DNA of 64,000 bases from Hydrolagus affinis (GCA_012026655.1 JAAILG010000002.1:124001-188000); one strand, 5' to 3'. Shown: positions 36,495 through 50,000, counted from the stretch's first letter. The notes: generated by a model from the letters alone, not told the origin. Program-made: numbers and translations.

Positions 36495-37285
36495 TGATGA
36501 ACATTAGCTATTGTTTGTGGCTTCAGAATCATGTTCTCACTGTTAATTACAGTGCTAATTTAATTTTGCTCTGTATTTCTTGAACGTAACTTATACCAAT
36601 CAAACTTTTTTGATCTCCACTGTTAGAGAGATCAATGCAGGTTGCTCTCTGTCATGGTGGAAAATCGAATCAATGCCCTCGCAGATTTGGCTATGGGTAA
36701 ATATTTGTGGGTTTACGCCCTAAATCACATGTGACCAACAAGGGGGGAAATGTCACAGCTCTGGAATCAGCACGGCACAGAGGGTTAGTGGTGTGTGATT
36801 TTTTTTCGGGATATGTTCGATGAATCGCTTTAGCACAAGTTGTGCAAAGGAAGAGAAAATGCTGAAATCAATTAATTTTCTGACTGGGACTGGGGCAAAT
36901 GATCAAATCTCATTTGAACAAAGTTGGGTTTTCGGAGAGTATTGAATCCTATATCTAAGTGATATCAAATATTTTCCCGCAATAGACAGCTGTGACTGCG
37001 GCTGCCTTGATTTTTAACCAGGACTGGCGCGCATTAGATAACTCATTTTCAGATAATCATTATAAACATTTCTGGCCTGAGCTCGCTTCACACAACACCT
37101 ATTAAAATAGGGTTGTGAATGTCACCAAATATAACACCCTGCCTCTGCAGCAATAAAACGCGAGACTCAAAGACAATATTTATAAAATATTCCATCATGT
37201 ATGCCGTGTGGCATGGACGTGCGTGATGATTGTCCCTCTGGAATTAACTCTGTGTGAACATCCTATTTTATTAATCTAGTGCAGT
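36495..37285. promoter_or_regulatory. Candidate conserved non-coding block
   Basis: About 800 bp with no recognisable repeat. Sox-like ATTGTT, TAATTA, TCF-like TTTGAT/TTTGAA and E-box CAGCTG motifs, with retained CpGs. Confidence 0.4.
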
Positions 37286-37402
37286 ACAGGATAGATTGTA
37301 CTCCACATGCATCACAACTGAAATCTGTCTGCTACCCAGGTTAAATGCAATTTCGTCACAATTGGGTAATTTTTTCCACTTCTCCCATTTACCGTGCGCA
37401 TC

Positions 37403-37470
37403 AACAACAACAACAACAAAATTACATTTGTGCAGCTCCTTTCATGTTGGGAGGACATACCAAGGCGCTG
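37403..37470 (-). mobile_element. Family B tail-only element
   Basis: Minus: CAGCGCCTTGGTATGTCCTCCCAACATGAAAGGAGCTGCACAAATGTAATTTT(GTT)n. Confidence 0.85.
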
Positions 37471-37754
37471 ATGAAGTCTGCGATGTACCACTTAGTGAGG
37501 CTCTGGAGTCATACATGAAGATTCCATGCCTGAATTTCCATTGACTTTAGGTTGTGATTATGCCATGGTCACCCCAAGATTAATTCAAAGTATCACATAG
37601 TCATGTTTCATTGCATATTTCTGATGTCATACACAAATGTCTGGATTGTGTTTGAGGGAAACTAAATTGCACCCTTTTCCTTCATCTTTGTGATGAATGT
37701 TAAGAATTCCCAGGCAGCACCAAAGAGATATGTGTTTCACACAATTCCCTGACC

Positions 37755-37942
37755 AGTAACCCCCAGATAAAATTGGTCATTTAGTTCATGGTTGTTTGTG
37801 GTGCATTGCTGTGTGCAAATTGGCTCCTGTGTTTGCCTACAAAATACACAATCACTACACTTATCGGCAGATTCTGTGAAGCATTTGGAGATGTCTGTGT
37901 GATGTGGTATGATGTTTTAACAAATGCAAGGATGATTATTAT
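37755..37942 (+). mobile_element. SINE 3' half (shared tail)
   Basis: ATTGGTCATT...TGCTGTGTGCAAATTGGCTCC...CAAATGCAAGGATGATTATTAT. Confidence 0.8.
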
Positions 37943-38835
37943 CTCGGTGACACAATGCCCTCTGTATTTGTGTGCGTCATGTAAAGGCAATGTAACATAT
38001 CCCATGAATTTGTAAGTGTTCACATCTATATTTTTTCAGTGATGCAAAATCATGCTTCCCATCGCTAAACAGTCATTTTAATATATGCACCTTCAGGAAT
38101 GAAAAGTCAGATACATTAGCAATAAATCAAATTCAAGATTATGTTACGTGGTTGTATGAGTCAGAGAAAGAACGTCTAGATCAATAAAATATGCACTAAC
38201 TTATGGATAAAATTCCTGAAACCTATTATTTAATAAGCAGACAGATCAAACCCACAGAAGTTCTTTCAGATGCAGAATAAACATCCTCTCGCAATCCTGA
38301 GAGGTTGACAGGATAATTTACTCCCTCAACATCTCTTTCTATAGAAGACAAAAAGAAATGGCATCACTTGCATTTGTTGTCTTAGAAAAGGCCCATCTCA
38401 AGAGCCCAGTCATGTGCAGAGGTGGGCATTTTGAAGCAAAGTTGATTTTAAAAAATTCTTGCGTTTGATCGCACACTTTTCAATGTTAGAAGAACGCTTC
38501 ACATTTTACTGTAAAGTTTAATGATGATATTTTCTAGGCAGCAGCCATTTTGTGTATAGCATTGTCCTACAAACAAAATAGAGCGCTGGGCAGCCACAAT
38601 ATTGTTTTGAGCAGATGTTCAAAAGCCGGGAAGTTAGCGAGAAATCACAGGTATGCTTTGAAGTGTGAACAACAGACACAGGCACTAAATATACCACATG
38701 CAGGTCTGTTAGTAAGAATCAGATAACTGAAATCATTAAACAACAATCACCCAGAGTTAGTCAGGTGTGAATTTGACGTGAACTGAAAATATTGGCCTAG
38801 GGTAAACTGTAAAGAATAGTGTATGACTCTTTTCA

Positions 38836-38955
38836 GTTTCATCCACAAAATATACAGTCAATTCACTTTACATAATATTCTTAGAAGCGCTTTGAAATGT
38901 CTCGAAGACATAATAAAGCGCTATATCAAATGCCTGGATTATTATTATTATTATT
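38836..38955 (+). mobile_element. Family A SINE 3' fragment
   Basis: ATATACAGTCAATTCACTTTAC...GCGCTATATCAAATGCCTGG(ATT)n. Confidence 0.88.
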
Positions 38956-39655
38956 TACTCTTGGCCAACTGTATTGGAGTGTAACTTTAGACTGGAGTCT
39001 GCATTCAGATATATGCAGTTTGTTTTTAGATAGATATACATTTTAAGTGTGACTGATGTGGTGTAACTTTCATGTCGCTGATCTGCATAGAACCAAAGAA
39101 GTCGATCAACCCATTATGCCTGCGCAGGCTGTTTTAAAGAGCAATCCTTTTAGTCCCAATTTAACTGCCTTTTTTACATACCATGCAACTGACTCACTTT
39201 CAAAATGTGGCAGATTCCATCTCGTACCCTTTTGAAAGCCAATATGGATTTTGCAATAAAACCACCTAGGTCTTGATCTACTCAATTTACGGTGCTTCTC
39301 ATAGCATCCAGAATTCGGTAAATTCTTACAGAGTCTTTGTTTGGAGACGGTTTTCTCTCTAAGTTCTTTTATCGAGGACAGAAAATCCACATTAAAAGTA
39401 AAGGCCCAATTCAACAAGTTGCCAAATTCTGATTGCTCGGAAACGCAACGCAATTAGAATAAATCTAGAGCCGGGTATCATTTCTCCCCAAATCGCGGCT
39501 TCGACGGGAGGTTCTGAAAGTGCATTGCAAACCCCATAACAATAAAATAAAGAAAGCGTTGTGTGTAGAATTTCTGAGGCCGGCTGTCGATAAGTGTTGC
39601 AGTTTGTAAAATTCACCAGTTTCAGACGTGAACAATTGCAACTTTTGGGATGTTT

Positions 39656-39719
39656 CAGCGCCTTGGGACGTCCTCCTGACATGTAAGGCGCGATACAAGT
39701 GTCACTTTGTTGTTGTTGT
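39656..39719 (+). mobile_element. Family B tail-only element
   Basis: TCAGCGCCTTGGGACGTCCTCCTGACATGTAAGGCGCGATACAAGTGTCACTTT(GTT)n. Confidence 0.88.
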
Positions 39720-42239
39720 GATTGTTTCAAAATCCCACTGTTTTTACCCTGCAGTGTTAAGACTCCCCCGCTGAGCTGTTTACACTGAGAGGGAATTATG
39801 CACACGTGATTGCTCGGCTCATTAAGAATCTTCAGCACAGGCATCACGTAGTGATAAAAGCAAATAAGGTGAGACGGGGCCCCGTGACAAAAGCAACTAA
39901 AGGGAGATAGCATTGCATATAAAATAGCATGATGTTACAAGGTTAATTTGTGAGGTATGATGGTGTCTTCTCTGTACTTTGTACATATTATTCGAGGTTC
40001 CGATGTCGCAGGGAATGTTAGGGTATACCATATTAAACCTTACTGTATACTTGAGGTAATTAAAGGATGCTTACACTGGCTCCATTGTCTGAGAGCAAGT
40101 GCCTGTGCTTCAATGTACAGTTGCTAAGCTATTAGGAAACAGGAGGAAGGCAGAAAACACCTTTGGTTATTCTGGACTGAAATGATGATCTAAAACAATT
40201 GATGGCAACTAGAAATTTTATGGTGCACCCCTGATCTTCTGTACGAATTGCATTTCAGTGAGACGCAAATGCTTTATCCCCTTGATTTGGAGCTCATCGG
40301 CATCGGATAAATTTTTCACAGGATTATTTTCACCGCATGGAATGCCAACAGCTGCACCGTGAAACAGTGGTTCAACTGTTTTAGCAAGTGGGACTCATTG
40401 CGCCCACCTAGCCATCTGTTCCCCCACATCAAACAAACTTAAATCATCGCCAAAACGTCCAAAAGAGATGGCTCAGTCAATCCAACAGCTCGCAGAAATC
40501 TCAGCCTTACAAAGGAAAGGCTTGCCTTAAATGTACGAAACTGGGGACAAGGAAAGGCAATTCAGTTCTTTCTGGTATGTCCTCATCTCTAGGTCCATGT
40601 AAACCAAACCATTTTCATCTGCCTCCCACTTTGGCAGTGCGGAGACTCCCTCCCGGTTGCAATGAAGCATAAAGTCTCTTTCATTTCATCCCCTGTAGTT
40701 TCAAAATCCTTTAAATCTTGGCTTCCACTTGATCACTGTTCAATGGTGCCGTCTATACATAGACAGTTTCAGTGACAGTATTCAACCAGTGCATGGCACT
40801 GAGCTCCAAGCTGATCAATAAAACATACTAGAGACTGCCTATCTACATACTACTTAAAATGTCCTATTTCATTTATAAAATGTGTGCAATGAAATAGATT
40901 AAAAGCACGAATGACATGCTGTTGATGCAATAACAAAACGTGATTAGATCCAACTATCTAACATATCACCTGAAGAACTCATGGATCCAATGTTTGAATA
41001 AACTCAAGACTAATCAAGACTAATAATATATGTTAAATGGCTGATGTGTATAATTCTATACAGAGCATCATTTATGGGCATAATGAGGTTACACTTACAA
41101 TAAAATTTGATCTTATATCTAAACCATGGATGCATCCCAATATTAAACTATGTTTAGAGTTAGAAATCAAAACACTGACTACGGCTGAAAAATATAATAC
41201 AAGATATAAATAATAAACCCCAAATTTAAAATCGGAGCAGCCGTGTATCAGCGCTAAGCTTGCCGATCGCTCAACAAGAAATGCAGTGATTGTTCAATCC
41301 TCTGCCTTCTTGTACTTTGGCCGCCCGGCTTCGGAAGCTTAACTCCAGGACGGTTCTCCTTCTGCTCTGGTTGAAGGGGATTTCCTCAACTCGCGGCCAG
41401 CTCAAACAGGCTCAAAAAACTTTTGAAACGAGCCCACGGGAGCAGATGAAACCCAGAATGGAGTGGTATCATGTGGGTCACAGCTCAATAAATTGCGGGA
41501 TGTTCAACGCTGAACTGAAAGTTGCTTTTACAGCGACACCGGCCCCTGACAGAAGCTGGCACATTGTGTTGGTTTCCTTTGTTCCACTTTTGCCTGGTTT
41601 GCGCTGAAATGCAATAATTACACAGTCCTTCAGGGAACAGATTTTGGCACTATTCCTTTGTTCTCATCCATGACATGAAAAACTAAAGAGTGCGGTGGAG
41701 ACTGAGAGTGTAGGTAGAATGGTGCTGGTTGAAAGAGCTTGCTGGCAGTCAGGAATGATTTATGTCTTTGCTTTTTCGGCGGAAACAGTTTCCTGTTTAT
41801 TCTTGATCAGCATACGACTGTCGAGGAAAATGAAAGCAGATGGAGTTGAGTGAACCTAGATCTTCTCCACCATTTCATATTGTAAGTAAACTGACAAAAC
41901 TCCATGGGTTAGGTTTTCCCTTCGTTCCTAGGGACTATGGTTATTTTGAGTTGTATCAGAACTTGAAATCTCCAGCCACGGAATTCAATCGTTTCTTTCA
42001 TGGCGTTCCAGAATATATTTTTTTGTGCTTTAAAAGGCACAGGCATTGTGGAAAAAAGTCCCCGGTCAAAAAGGCCGGATGTAATGCAATGGTAATGATC
42101 GTGCAATAAAATAAATCAAAATTCAACATTAAGCATTTGCACACACACGATGGAACATGGCTTTTCTCTCTCTCAATAGACAAAGAGGATTCCTGCCACG
42201 TTTTTTTTCTCATAAAGAACTCTATTCCTGTAAGTACAG

Positions 42240-42309
42240 CAACAACAACAACAACAGCTTGCAACAATACAGCATCCCTCATGCAGGCTAGCAACCTCGA
42301 GCGCTTTGA
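42240..42309 (-). mobile_element. Diverged (GTT)n-tailed L2-type end
   Basis: (CAA)5 then GCTTGCAACAATACAGCATCCCTCATG...GAGCGCTTT. Confidence 0.5.
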
Positions 42310-42670
42310 CAGTACAATTTGGTTTTACTGGTAATGCGAGTGAGCTGTCCCCACAAGAGTCCCCTTCACTCATGAGCAGATAAATCCCAAATGTACAGTT
42401 GCACTGCTCAGTTCCGCTTGCTTACTCTTTATTTGCAATTCATTGCAACCTGTTTGTTAAATTCAGTTTCTTTTTCAGCAGAAGATGGGCACAATAACAA
42501 TTTGACATTACTTTTGAGGTAAACAACAAAGATTGCCAACAATTAAATTCGACTTCCTCAGCTTGAAACCATTTGACCTCAACTTCCTTGAACACATCAA
42601 GGTACTCCCTCTACACTGGTAGAAACCGGGGTCGTTGTGTTATCAACCTATTGCTTACACAACCAAGTCT

Positions 42671-42803
42671 TGGATTGAGTAACCAAATTACTATTATGTT
42701 TTTGAGGAGGGAGTATTATCCCCAGAAAGCAATCTGCCAATCAACTAACAACCAGGTTGCTACTTATTGCTAGGTAAACGAAGGTGTATAGAGCCAGGAA
42801 ACC
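42671..42803 (-). mobile_element. Family A long-form SINE internal fragment
   Basis: TATTATCCCCAGAAAGCAATCTGCCAATCAACTAACAACCAGGTT matches the segments near 44436 and 19940. Confidence 0.8.
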
Positions 42804-43619
42804 TATTTGTTTCCATTACCTTTATTTCTATGTGTGTAAAGACTACCGTTTCTTGGACCCACAGAAAACCAACCATCACATAAAGTGTTGCTATTGATCG
42901 CTGAGCTTAGGAATTTGAAAACCCTTCCAATTTGCTTGATGAAAGCATCTGTCACCTGCTATGTACTTCTTCCCTGGTGTCTGGAAGAGGTTCTGTAGCA
43001 TAAAAGTTGATATTTCTAGTTATCTTCACTCTGACACATGGATAGTGCTGCCCCTATCCAGAAACAAGAACCCAGGTAATCATTCAGTATGTGACAGATG
43101 TTGCTGAGTGCATCACTGGTGAGATGAAACCGATAAATCCACTGATGTTCAGTCGAGGCCAAATGGTTTGTTCTTGGCTTAGAAATCCTTTGTAAAAGAA
43201 TTCTCTTTCTATTCACCCAGCATCAGAGACCTACGTGAATACCACACTTTCTCTGAACCCATGGGCATCAAATGTCTGGACTTGTGTTTAACTCACCCCA
43301 CATCCAAACATCACAACTTCATCTCAGAGGTCCTCAATATGAAAAACATTGCTTTTAAAGTCAGAGTATTTTTTTTTCCAAATAATTGCAACAGGTGATG
43401 TTTTACTCAACATTCAGCTTGAAATCTTGGATGATGGCATTGATTGTAAAGAGTTGTGTTACTGTTGGTAGTGACATACCAAAACGATGTACATACTGGA
43501 TGGTATCGCTCAAGATCCTTAACTTCGACCGTGCCTTTTGCCACCTTCCTACCCTTACCCTCCCTGCACTTCTACTGTATGATTCCAACCCCTGCTCAGG
43601 TCCAAATTCCTGACTGTTT

Positions 43620-43681
43620 AGGTCTTTGACATATCCTCACAATGTGAAGGGCGCTATATAAATGTATTTTGTTGATGTTGT
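43620..43681 (+). mobile_element. Family B-like tail
   Basis: TCCTCACAATGTGAAGGGCGCTATATAAATGTATTTTGTTGATGTTG. Confidence 0.65.
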
Positions 43682-44259
43682 AACTAACTCCTTCTGTTCA
43701 GATAGCATGCTAAATGCGGCTGGCTCCCTTTCTTTCTGCACACGTAAAGACTTCTGTTCCATGGTCCCACACATTAGTGATGCAAGATTTTTTTTTCTAA
43801 ATAAATATTTGTCCAGAGAATGAATGAAAAGTTGTAGCAATAGGTCAAAATGACCTTTGCTAAATGGTTGACTTCTGTTCTTTGACTTCATGATGAATTG
43901 TACGACTTGTGGAGAGAATACCAATGGTTTCTTTTGTATTGAATTATTTCTGAGCAGGGAACATTTTTTGAGACTTCCTGAATTATGCAATACATCACTT
44001 AAATCATGCACCACAAAATGACAGCAGAGCATTAAACAGTCTTGTAGAACAGTCATGTCAACTATGGACATTGGACTTGAGTATTTCCCATACCAAATGT
44101 ATTTGTGAATCAAACACATAAGAAACCACGGAAAGATAGAAGTGCATTCACCCCATCAAGGTTGCATTTTTCACTTTAAAAGCCCTGGAGTAATATCTCC
44201 AATTTTGGGTCACTTTCTTATGCCTGACAATTATTCCCTAATCCCATTCTCAATGCTAT

Positions 44260-44588
44260 ATAATAATAATCATCATAATCCTTGCATTTGATATAGTGCT
44301 TTTCACATCTGCTAGATGTCTCAAAACGCTTCAAGGAATATACTGTAAACTGAATTGACTTTATATTTGTGGGTGAGATGTGGCAGCCAAGTGTCCCACA
44401 AATAGTGACCAAATTTTTATTATTTCTTTAAGGATTATTATCCCTGGAAAAGTGATCTACCAATCAACTAACAACCGGGTTCGTATTTACTGTTAGGAAA
44501 ACAGAATAATGTGGAATAAGGAAGCTTGCCGAACATTCTGCCTTGCAAGGAATAGAACCCAGATGTCTTGCTTGTGAGACAGGACTCC
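44260..44588 (-). mobile_element. Family A SINE, long form, with internal deletions
   Basis: Tail, body, long insert and head end CAGGACTCC are all present. Confidence 0.9.
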
Positions 44589-46090
44589 GCAATATAGTAA
44601 AGGCTCTCTCGCCTTATTAATGTTTCTTATTCCTACCAATCTCACTTGACTGGACAATTAAGAACTCCCTTCCCTGTTATTTGGACCCACTCCAGAGTGC
44701 ACATTCAGCTGAATTCACTCATTGCCACATAACAAGATCGGAACATTTGGAATTGGAGTAAATTTGTCAAGTTGTGATACTCACTCAATCTCTTGGACCA
44801 AATACACAGACAGCGATTCTCTCAACACACGTTGTGAAGCAGTAGCCCTAGTCATCATTACTTTTAGCGCAATGATAGACTATCTAGCATGCTGTCCTCG
44901 ATGAGATGCTGACTTCTTGGAGTTTATCTAGTGAGCTGCCAAATTTGATAGGTGACTTCCTTGAAGGATATAAAGCTTAGATCCTGATATATGAACATCT
45001 TTCTTCTGAGTAGCTCTACTTAGGGTTCCTCTGGAAGTGTGCTTGATTCAACCACTCTGTTATATCTTTATCAACAATTTAAGGTAGATACTGTAGTCAG
45101 AAATGATATGGTTCAATTTGTTGACACTCTTAACCTTGGCATTAACTCCTCATCTGAAAGATCAAATCACAGTATACTTGGGCAGTGGGTAGATGAATGA
45201 TATGTTATCTTCAGTGTTGAGTAATGTTGCATTTCTACTTCAGGGATTTTTCATTTACTTTCCCCCAAATCAGATATAGACTCTCCAGAATATTCCATTC
45301 TGACTTTCTTCTCAATGTTTGTGTTTCCCTATATTCAAAGATATATGAAGCTATACTTGATTATGTTGGTATTTTGATTAACTCCTTCAAAAAAGAATTA
45401 CACTTGACGATTTTACTCTCCTCCCTAGGCATTGTGTACATTTTTAAAAGGTGAGAAGAATATACAGACATCTGCCCATCCTCTCAGCCGCTAAACCACT
45501 TGTGACCGAACACCCTTATAAGGATTTTTGGAACTCGGCTCTTTCTGAATCCTCTTTTAGCTCCTCACACAGATCATAAAGCATCTGCTGTAATGCCAGT
45601 GTGTACATTTCAGTTTGCAAATCATATCCTTTTTGATTAGACAGAATATTTTTACTGATACCAATTTTTACACTGAGCTGAGGAATAGTGAGAGTAATAG
45701 GCAATACCTGGCTCTTCTTTAACAAGCATGGGTATAGTCTTTACTATGCAATGGACTCCTACAAGCTCTGTTTGGACATCTCAGATAAACCTTCACACAA
45801 ACTTTAACTGTAATATTATTAAAGAGCCAGTCACCCAACTATTGGAGAGCCAGTCATTCAATAATGCAATGGGATGAGGACAGGTAGTAGAAATCAGGCT
45901 GCCTGTGGAAAAAGATGGGATTAGTGGGATATAAATTGTGATGTTACTTTGAAGCCACTTTGCTCTCAGGAGTTTCAATGAAGCATTTAATTTCAGTTCC
46001 CCAAAAAAATACCCTTTAACCAAAATGATTCCGAATTATTTTATAAATGCAACCTGTTGGGGATTTAACATTGACGAGCAATAGAATCTC

Positions 46091-46240
46091 AACCTTTTAA
46101 CTGTGGGATCCAGGTTTGAATCAAGGTCAGATTGATGGATTTAAATTCTCCTTTGCCTGCCAGCTAAACACGCTAAAGAGATGTTGGGTAGCTTCAATCC
46201 AATATTACAGTGTGTGCCAGTGTACAGCACACAACTGCCC
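46091..46240 (+). mobile_element. LF-SINE-like fragment
   Basis: CCTTTTAACTGTGGGATCCAGGTTTGAATCAAGGTCAGATTGATGG...GTTGGGTAGCTTCAATCCAAT...ACAGCACACAACTGCCC follows the order of the recalled LF-SINE 5' region (B box, then GTCTCAGTCCAGTTCC, then CACATCACAAAA). Confidence 0.5.
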
Positions 46241-46415
46241 TACATGGCTCAGCGACAAAGATAGGTGTGAAAAATTAAGACAATTGTGCTAATGTCAGTA
46301 ATGGATCCTCGTCTGAAACTGGGGTTATGGTAACTTACTGGGGTGGAATAGGAATGGAATAGTAATGCTATAGGTAGCATGAGACAGTTAATCCTGAAAC
46401 AGGGTATGGAAGCAG

Positions 46416-46485
46416 AAGAAGAACAACAGCAAATTATGTTTGCATAGCACCTTTCATGTTGGGAGGATGTCCCAAAGTGCTGAAG
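46416..46485 (-). mobile_element. Family B tail-only element
   Basis: Minus: TTCAGCACTTTGGGACATCCTCCCAACATGAAAGGTGCTATGCAAACATAATTTGCTGTTGTT. Confidence 0.85.
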
Positions 46486-46729
46486 TGTTTCGTTCCTCAC
46501 TGCTGTTGTTCCTCATCTTGTTGTAGATGTCTATGTTTGAGAAAGTTCTACTTAGACTCTGATACATATGGTTCTTTAAACAGTCGAACAGATTTTAGGT
46601 TTGTGTGGTATCTTTGGATCAGTTGTTACTGTGTACCGCATCTCTGCCTGCCACCTATTTGTTTGTATACCACACATCAGTTTCTGTGTACCACATACTC
46701 ATTTCTGTGTGTATTCTGTGTGTACCAGG

Positions 46730-47033
46730 GGAAATCCTGTGGCTCAGTGGTTAGAGCACTCACGTCACAAGTGAGAGCCCTGGGTTCGGATCTCGGCAGG
46801 GTGAAACCTTGGGCAAGTTTCCTTACTCCACACAACTGATAATAATCTCCCAAGAAAAAAACAACAACAATAGATTGGTCGCTTCAATCCACAACTGTTT
46901 GTGGGACACTGCTGTGTGCAATTGGCTGCCACGTTTTGCCCACAAATATACAGTCAATTCGCTTTACAGTATATTCTATAAAGCACTTTGAGGCATCACA
47001 AAGACATAAATGCAAAGATTATTATTATATTAT
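46730..47033 (+). mobile_element. Full-length family A SINE
   Basis: TCCTGTGGCTCAGTGGTTAGAGCAC...GGGTTCGGATC...body...TGCAAAGATTATTATTA. Confidence 0.95.
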
Positions 47034-50000
47034 AACGATGTTAGAATTGTGTGCCCGAGCACATCCGAGGTGGTGAGACAACTGTCAATGCAGGATGGCA
47101 AAGAGCCAATTTATATTCTCTAAAGACAAAAGATCCTACCGTTAGAATAAAACGCTCTGATTTGACAAGAAAATTGAGCCTGTCCTCTACCTACCTTCCC
47201 TCTAACCAGAAGCCCAGATTCTCAAGGAAACAACCATCTCCATCCAAAATCAATAAATGAGAAATCACCTACTCCATGATAGGCAGGAGGAAAATAAAAT
47301 CTTACAAAATCCCTGGTCAAATGATACCTCTGTAAACACTCGCCTGTGAATTAGAAATGGTCACATTCAAAATGTTCACATGGAAGATACTGGATTAAAT
47401 CATTTGTATATTTCATCATGCAAAGTCGCACTGCAAACAAGGGACATATTATGCTTCAGTGCAGTGAGTGGGTGTGGGAGGGAATAGCATTGTACTATCA
47501 ATAATGGTTATTAGCATAAAATCAAGCCCTTCAGTTTGAACATATGAATTATAGTCATTTTGATCGTGAGTTATTCAAAAACACATTCTGTAGACATCTT
47601 GCAATGAAATATCATTATAGTTGCTGTCTTTGTGTCATTAATACTGTACACCACTTGTTTTTAGTTCAGATACACTTGTGTAGACACAGTTTTGATCTCA
47701 TTTTGCACACAACCTTAATATCCTCATACTTCCACGTGGCTTTAGATCCTCCCATTGCACATAGAAAATATCCTGTAGCAAAAGCACAGATTGCAGATGG
47801 ATCAATATTAGCTGGAACCCTTGTCTTTCTCAGGATACCTTCTGACAGTTTCCAGCAGTGCAACTGACTTGTTTAATTTACACCAGCAAGTTTCATTAAC
47901 GGTTTGCTTGGTAATAGTTTGCTGAACATCTGGTATTAAATGGGCTGAAGCAAGTGCTTTGTGTTCAGCCTGAAATGTATAAAACAAGCATTTTCAATCA
48001 GCCAAAAAGCCACTTCTGTTGGAAGAAATTATTATTTCATTGTCAGAGGACTATGATTTTATAGTCATAGATAAATTTTTCCACACATAAAAATATCCCA
48101 GGTTTAATGATGCTGCCCCCACTTGTGCTCTAATGTTATGCATTATCATCCACTTTGCTTGCAGACAATACATACATAAATAAAATACATGACAAATAAA
48201 ATAGCACCATATTTTGCTGTGCCAAGTAACATGGAAGCTGCAAAATAAAAAAAATGCAATTTCAGTTATCATATTTTCCTGCAACAAAATGCAACTGTAC
48301 TCCTTAAGATGCCGTGTAAATCATGCCATAAAATGCCGCATACTGTGTGAAATGAAACACAAAGAGAAACCTAATGATACGTTATAGTCCGATGTAAATA
48401 TCTGTCTGCGCAGCAACTGCTGGCAATTAAAACCTTTGGATGGGGTGGAGGATAGGAGCTTCAAGTTATGGCCCTTTGTGTACACGTGCACACGCACACA
48501 GAAAAGTTGTACATTTTGTGGGTAAAACAATGATCTCCAATCAGGTAACATTCTGTTTTCAGAAGCCTCACCCAAGGAACTCAAAAATTCCTTTCCTCTG
48601 ACGTACTTAAGAGCTTGCAAGTAGCAGTAATAACACTGCCAGGCAAAACAAATTTGATATAGTGTACTGTTAACATGAATAGACAGAACACACTTAAATT
48701 AACATCTTTGTGTGCCATTTTTTTTCCATCAGAAATCAGCCTACGTGCATTCATGTGGAGAAAATATAATATATGAAATATGCAGTGGTAGAATCCAGAG
48801 GACAGCTTAAACTTATTGTACTGATGAAACTCTCTTGGAGTTTCTGAATATATAGAATATTGAAGTAGCCTACATAGATAACCAGAATAGAATGTGTAAA
48901 AATGAAATTGGGCTCCATTGATAATGGATACACACACCGTGCTGCTTTATGTCGCGGTGGATGCGATGAACATCAATATTCAGGTCACGGCTGTGCAGTG
49001 GTCGTGGCTGTAGCATAGTGCTGAGAACATGCATGTGCAAATGAAAAATATATTGGATGCGGAATTCTTGAATGGCATGAGTCCTGTGTAGTCAGCGAAA
49101 GGTATTGAATTGACTTAAGCACTTTTTCTATCTTGAGAACGAGAAGTGATGAAACACTCTAGCCTGATCTTGAGCAACTCCTTGAGGATGGTGCCTGAAC
49201 AGTAAGAAGATAAGCTAGACAAAGCCCAGTTTACCTTACACCATCCTGGCAGTCGCATCTCCAAAATTATCCGCTGGTATTCTATGATATTATTTCCTAA
49301 AATAAATAATATCTATGATAAGTATCAACGGTATGGAAAAGGCCTGAGAATAGGGACTCGTTCTTGTGAAAGACGTGGAATAAAGGACACACAGGGGTGA
49401 AATTTGTGGCAATTCGAGTGCATCAAATCGATCTGCATCTCACTGAATGTAACCTGAAACGCCACAGAGATCACCTTTTTTTTTCTCGGTAAAAGGAAAA
49501 AGCAACAGTGCCACGATTTTACTTAAAAACACGATTTCCGATTTTCAGAATGAGATGGAATCCAATTCTTCACGCAAATAACCTGGAAGTTGTGTGCTAT
49601 ATGATACATCTAACCAGGCTGTTTCGCAGGAACTACAATATACATATTGGTGTTCTTGTACAAAGGGAAAAAAAATCGAAGTTACAAGAACTTTGCTAAA
49701 ACACGTCACAATAATTCGCAAAGGACAACTCACAAAGGAGTGTGTTCATAAGTAAAAGATGAAAATGTATCATTTGTATGGGCTAGAGTTTCCTTTCAAT
49801 TTCTTTGCCGAGGTTACTTAAATGTCTGAGAGCAGAAACACTTCAGTTTTGCCGTTCAGGGTTTTTGTTCCATTTCTGCCTTCTTTTGAACTGTACGACT
49901 TAGAAATATCCACCAGGAAACACAAAACTCCAATAAAAACTCAATTCCAAAATCAGATCTTCTTATTCTTTCCTTGTCGAATAGAATTTTTTTTTCTTAA

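Noticed and set aside
39392-39913. Longest ORF in the track (173 aa, minus)
   Set aside because: It reads through a family B repeat (the poly-Q comes from (CAA)n) and shows no protein-family features.
43350-44119. ORFs 43403-43588 and 43637-44119 as possible CR1 remnant or gene
   Set aside because: Only vague LINE-like wording, overlapping a repeat tail; not supportable.
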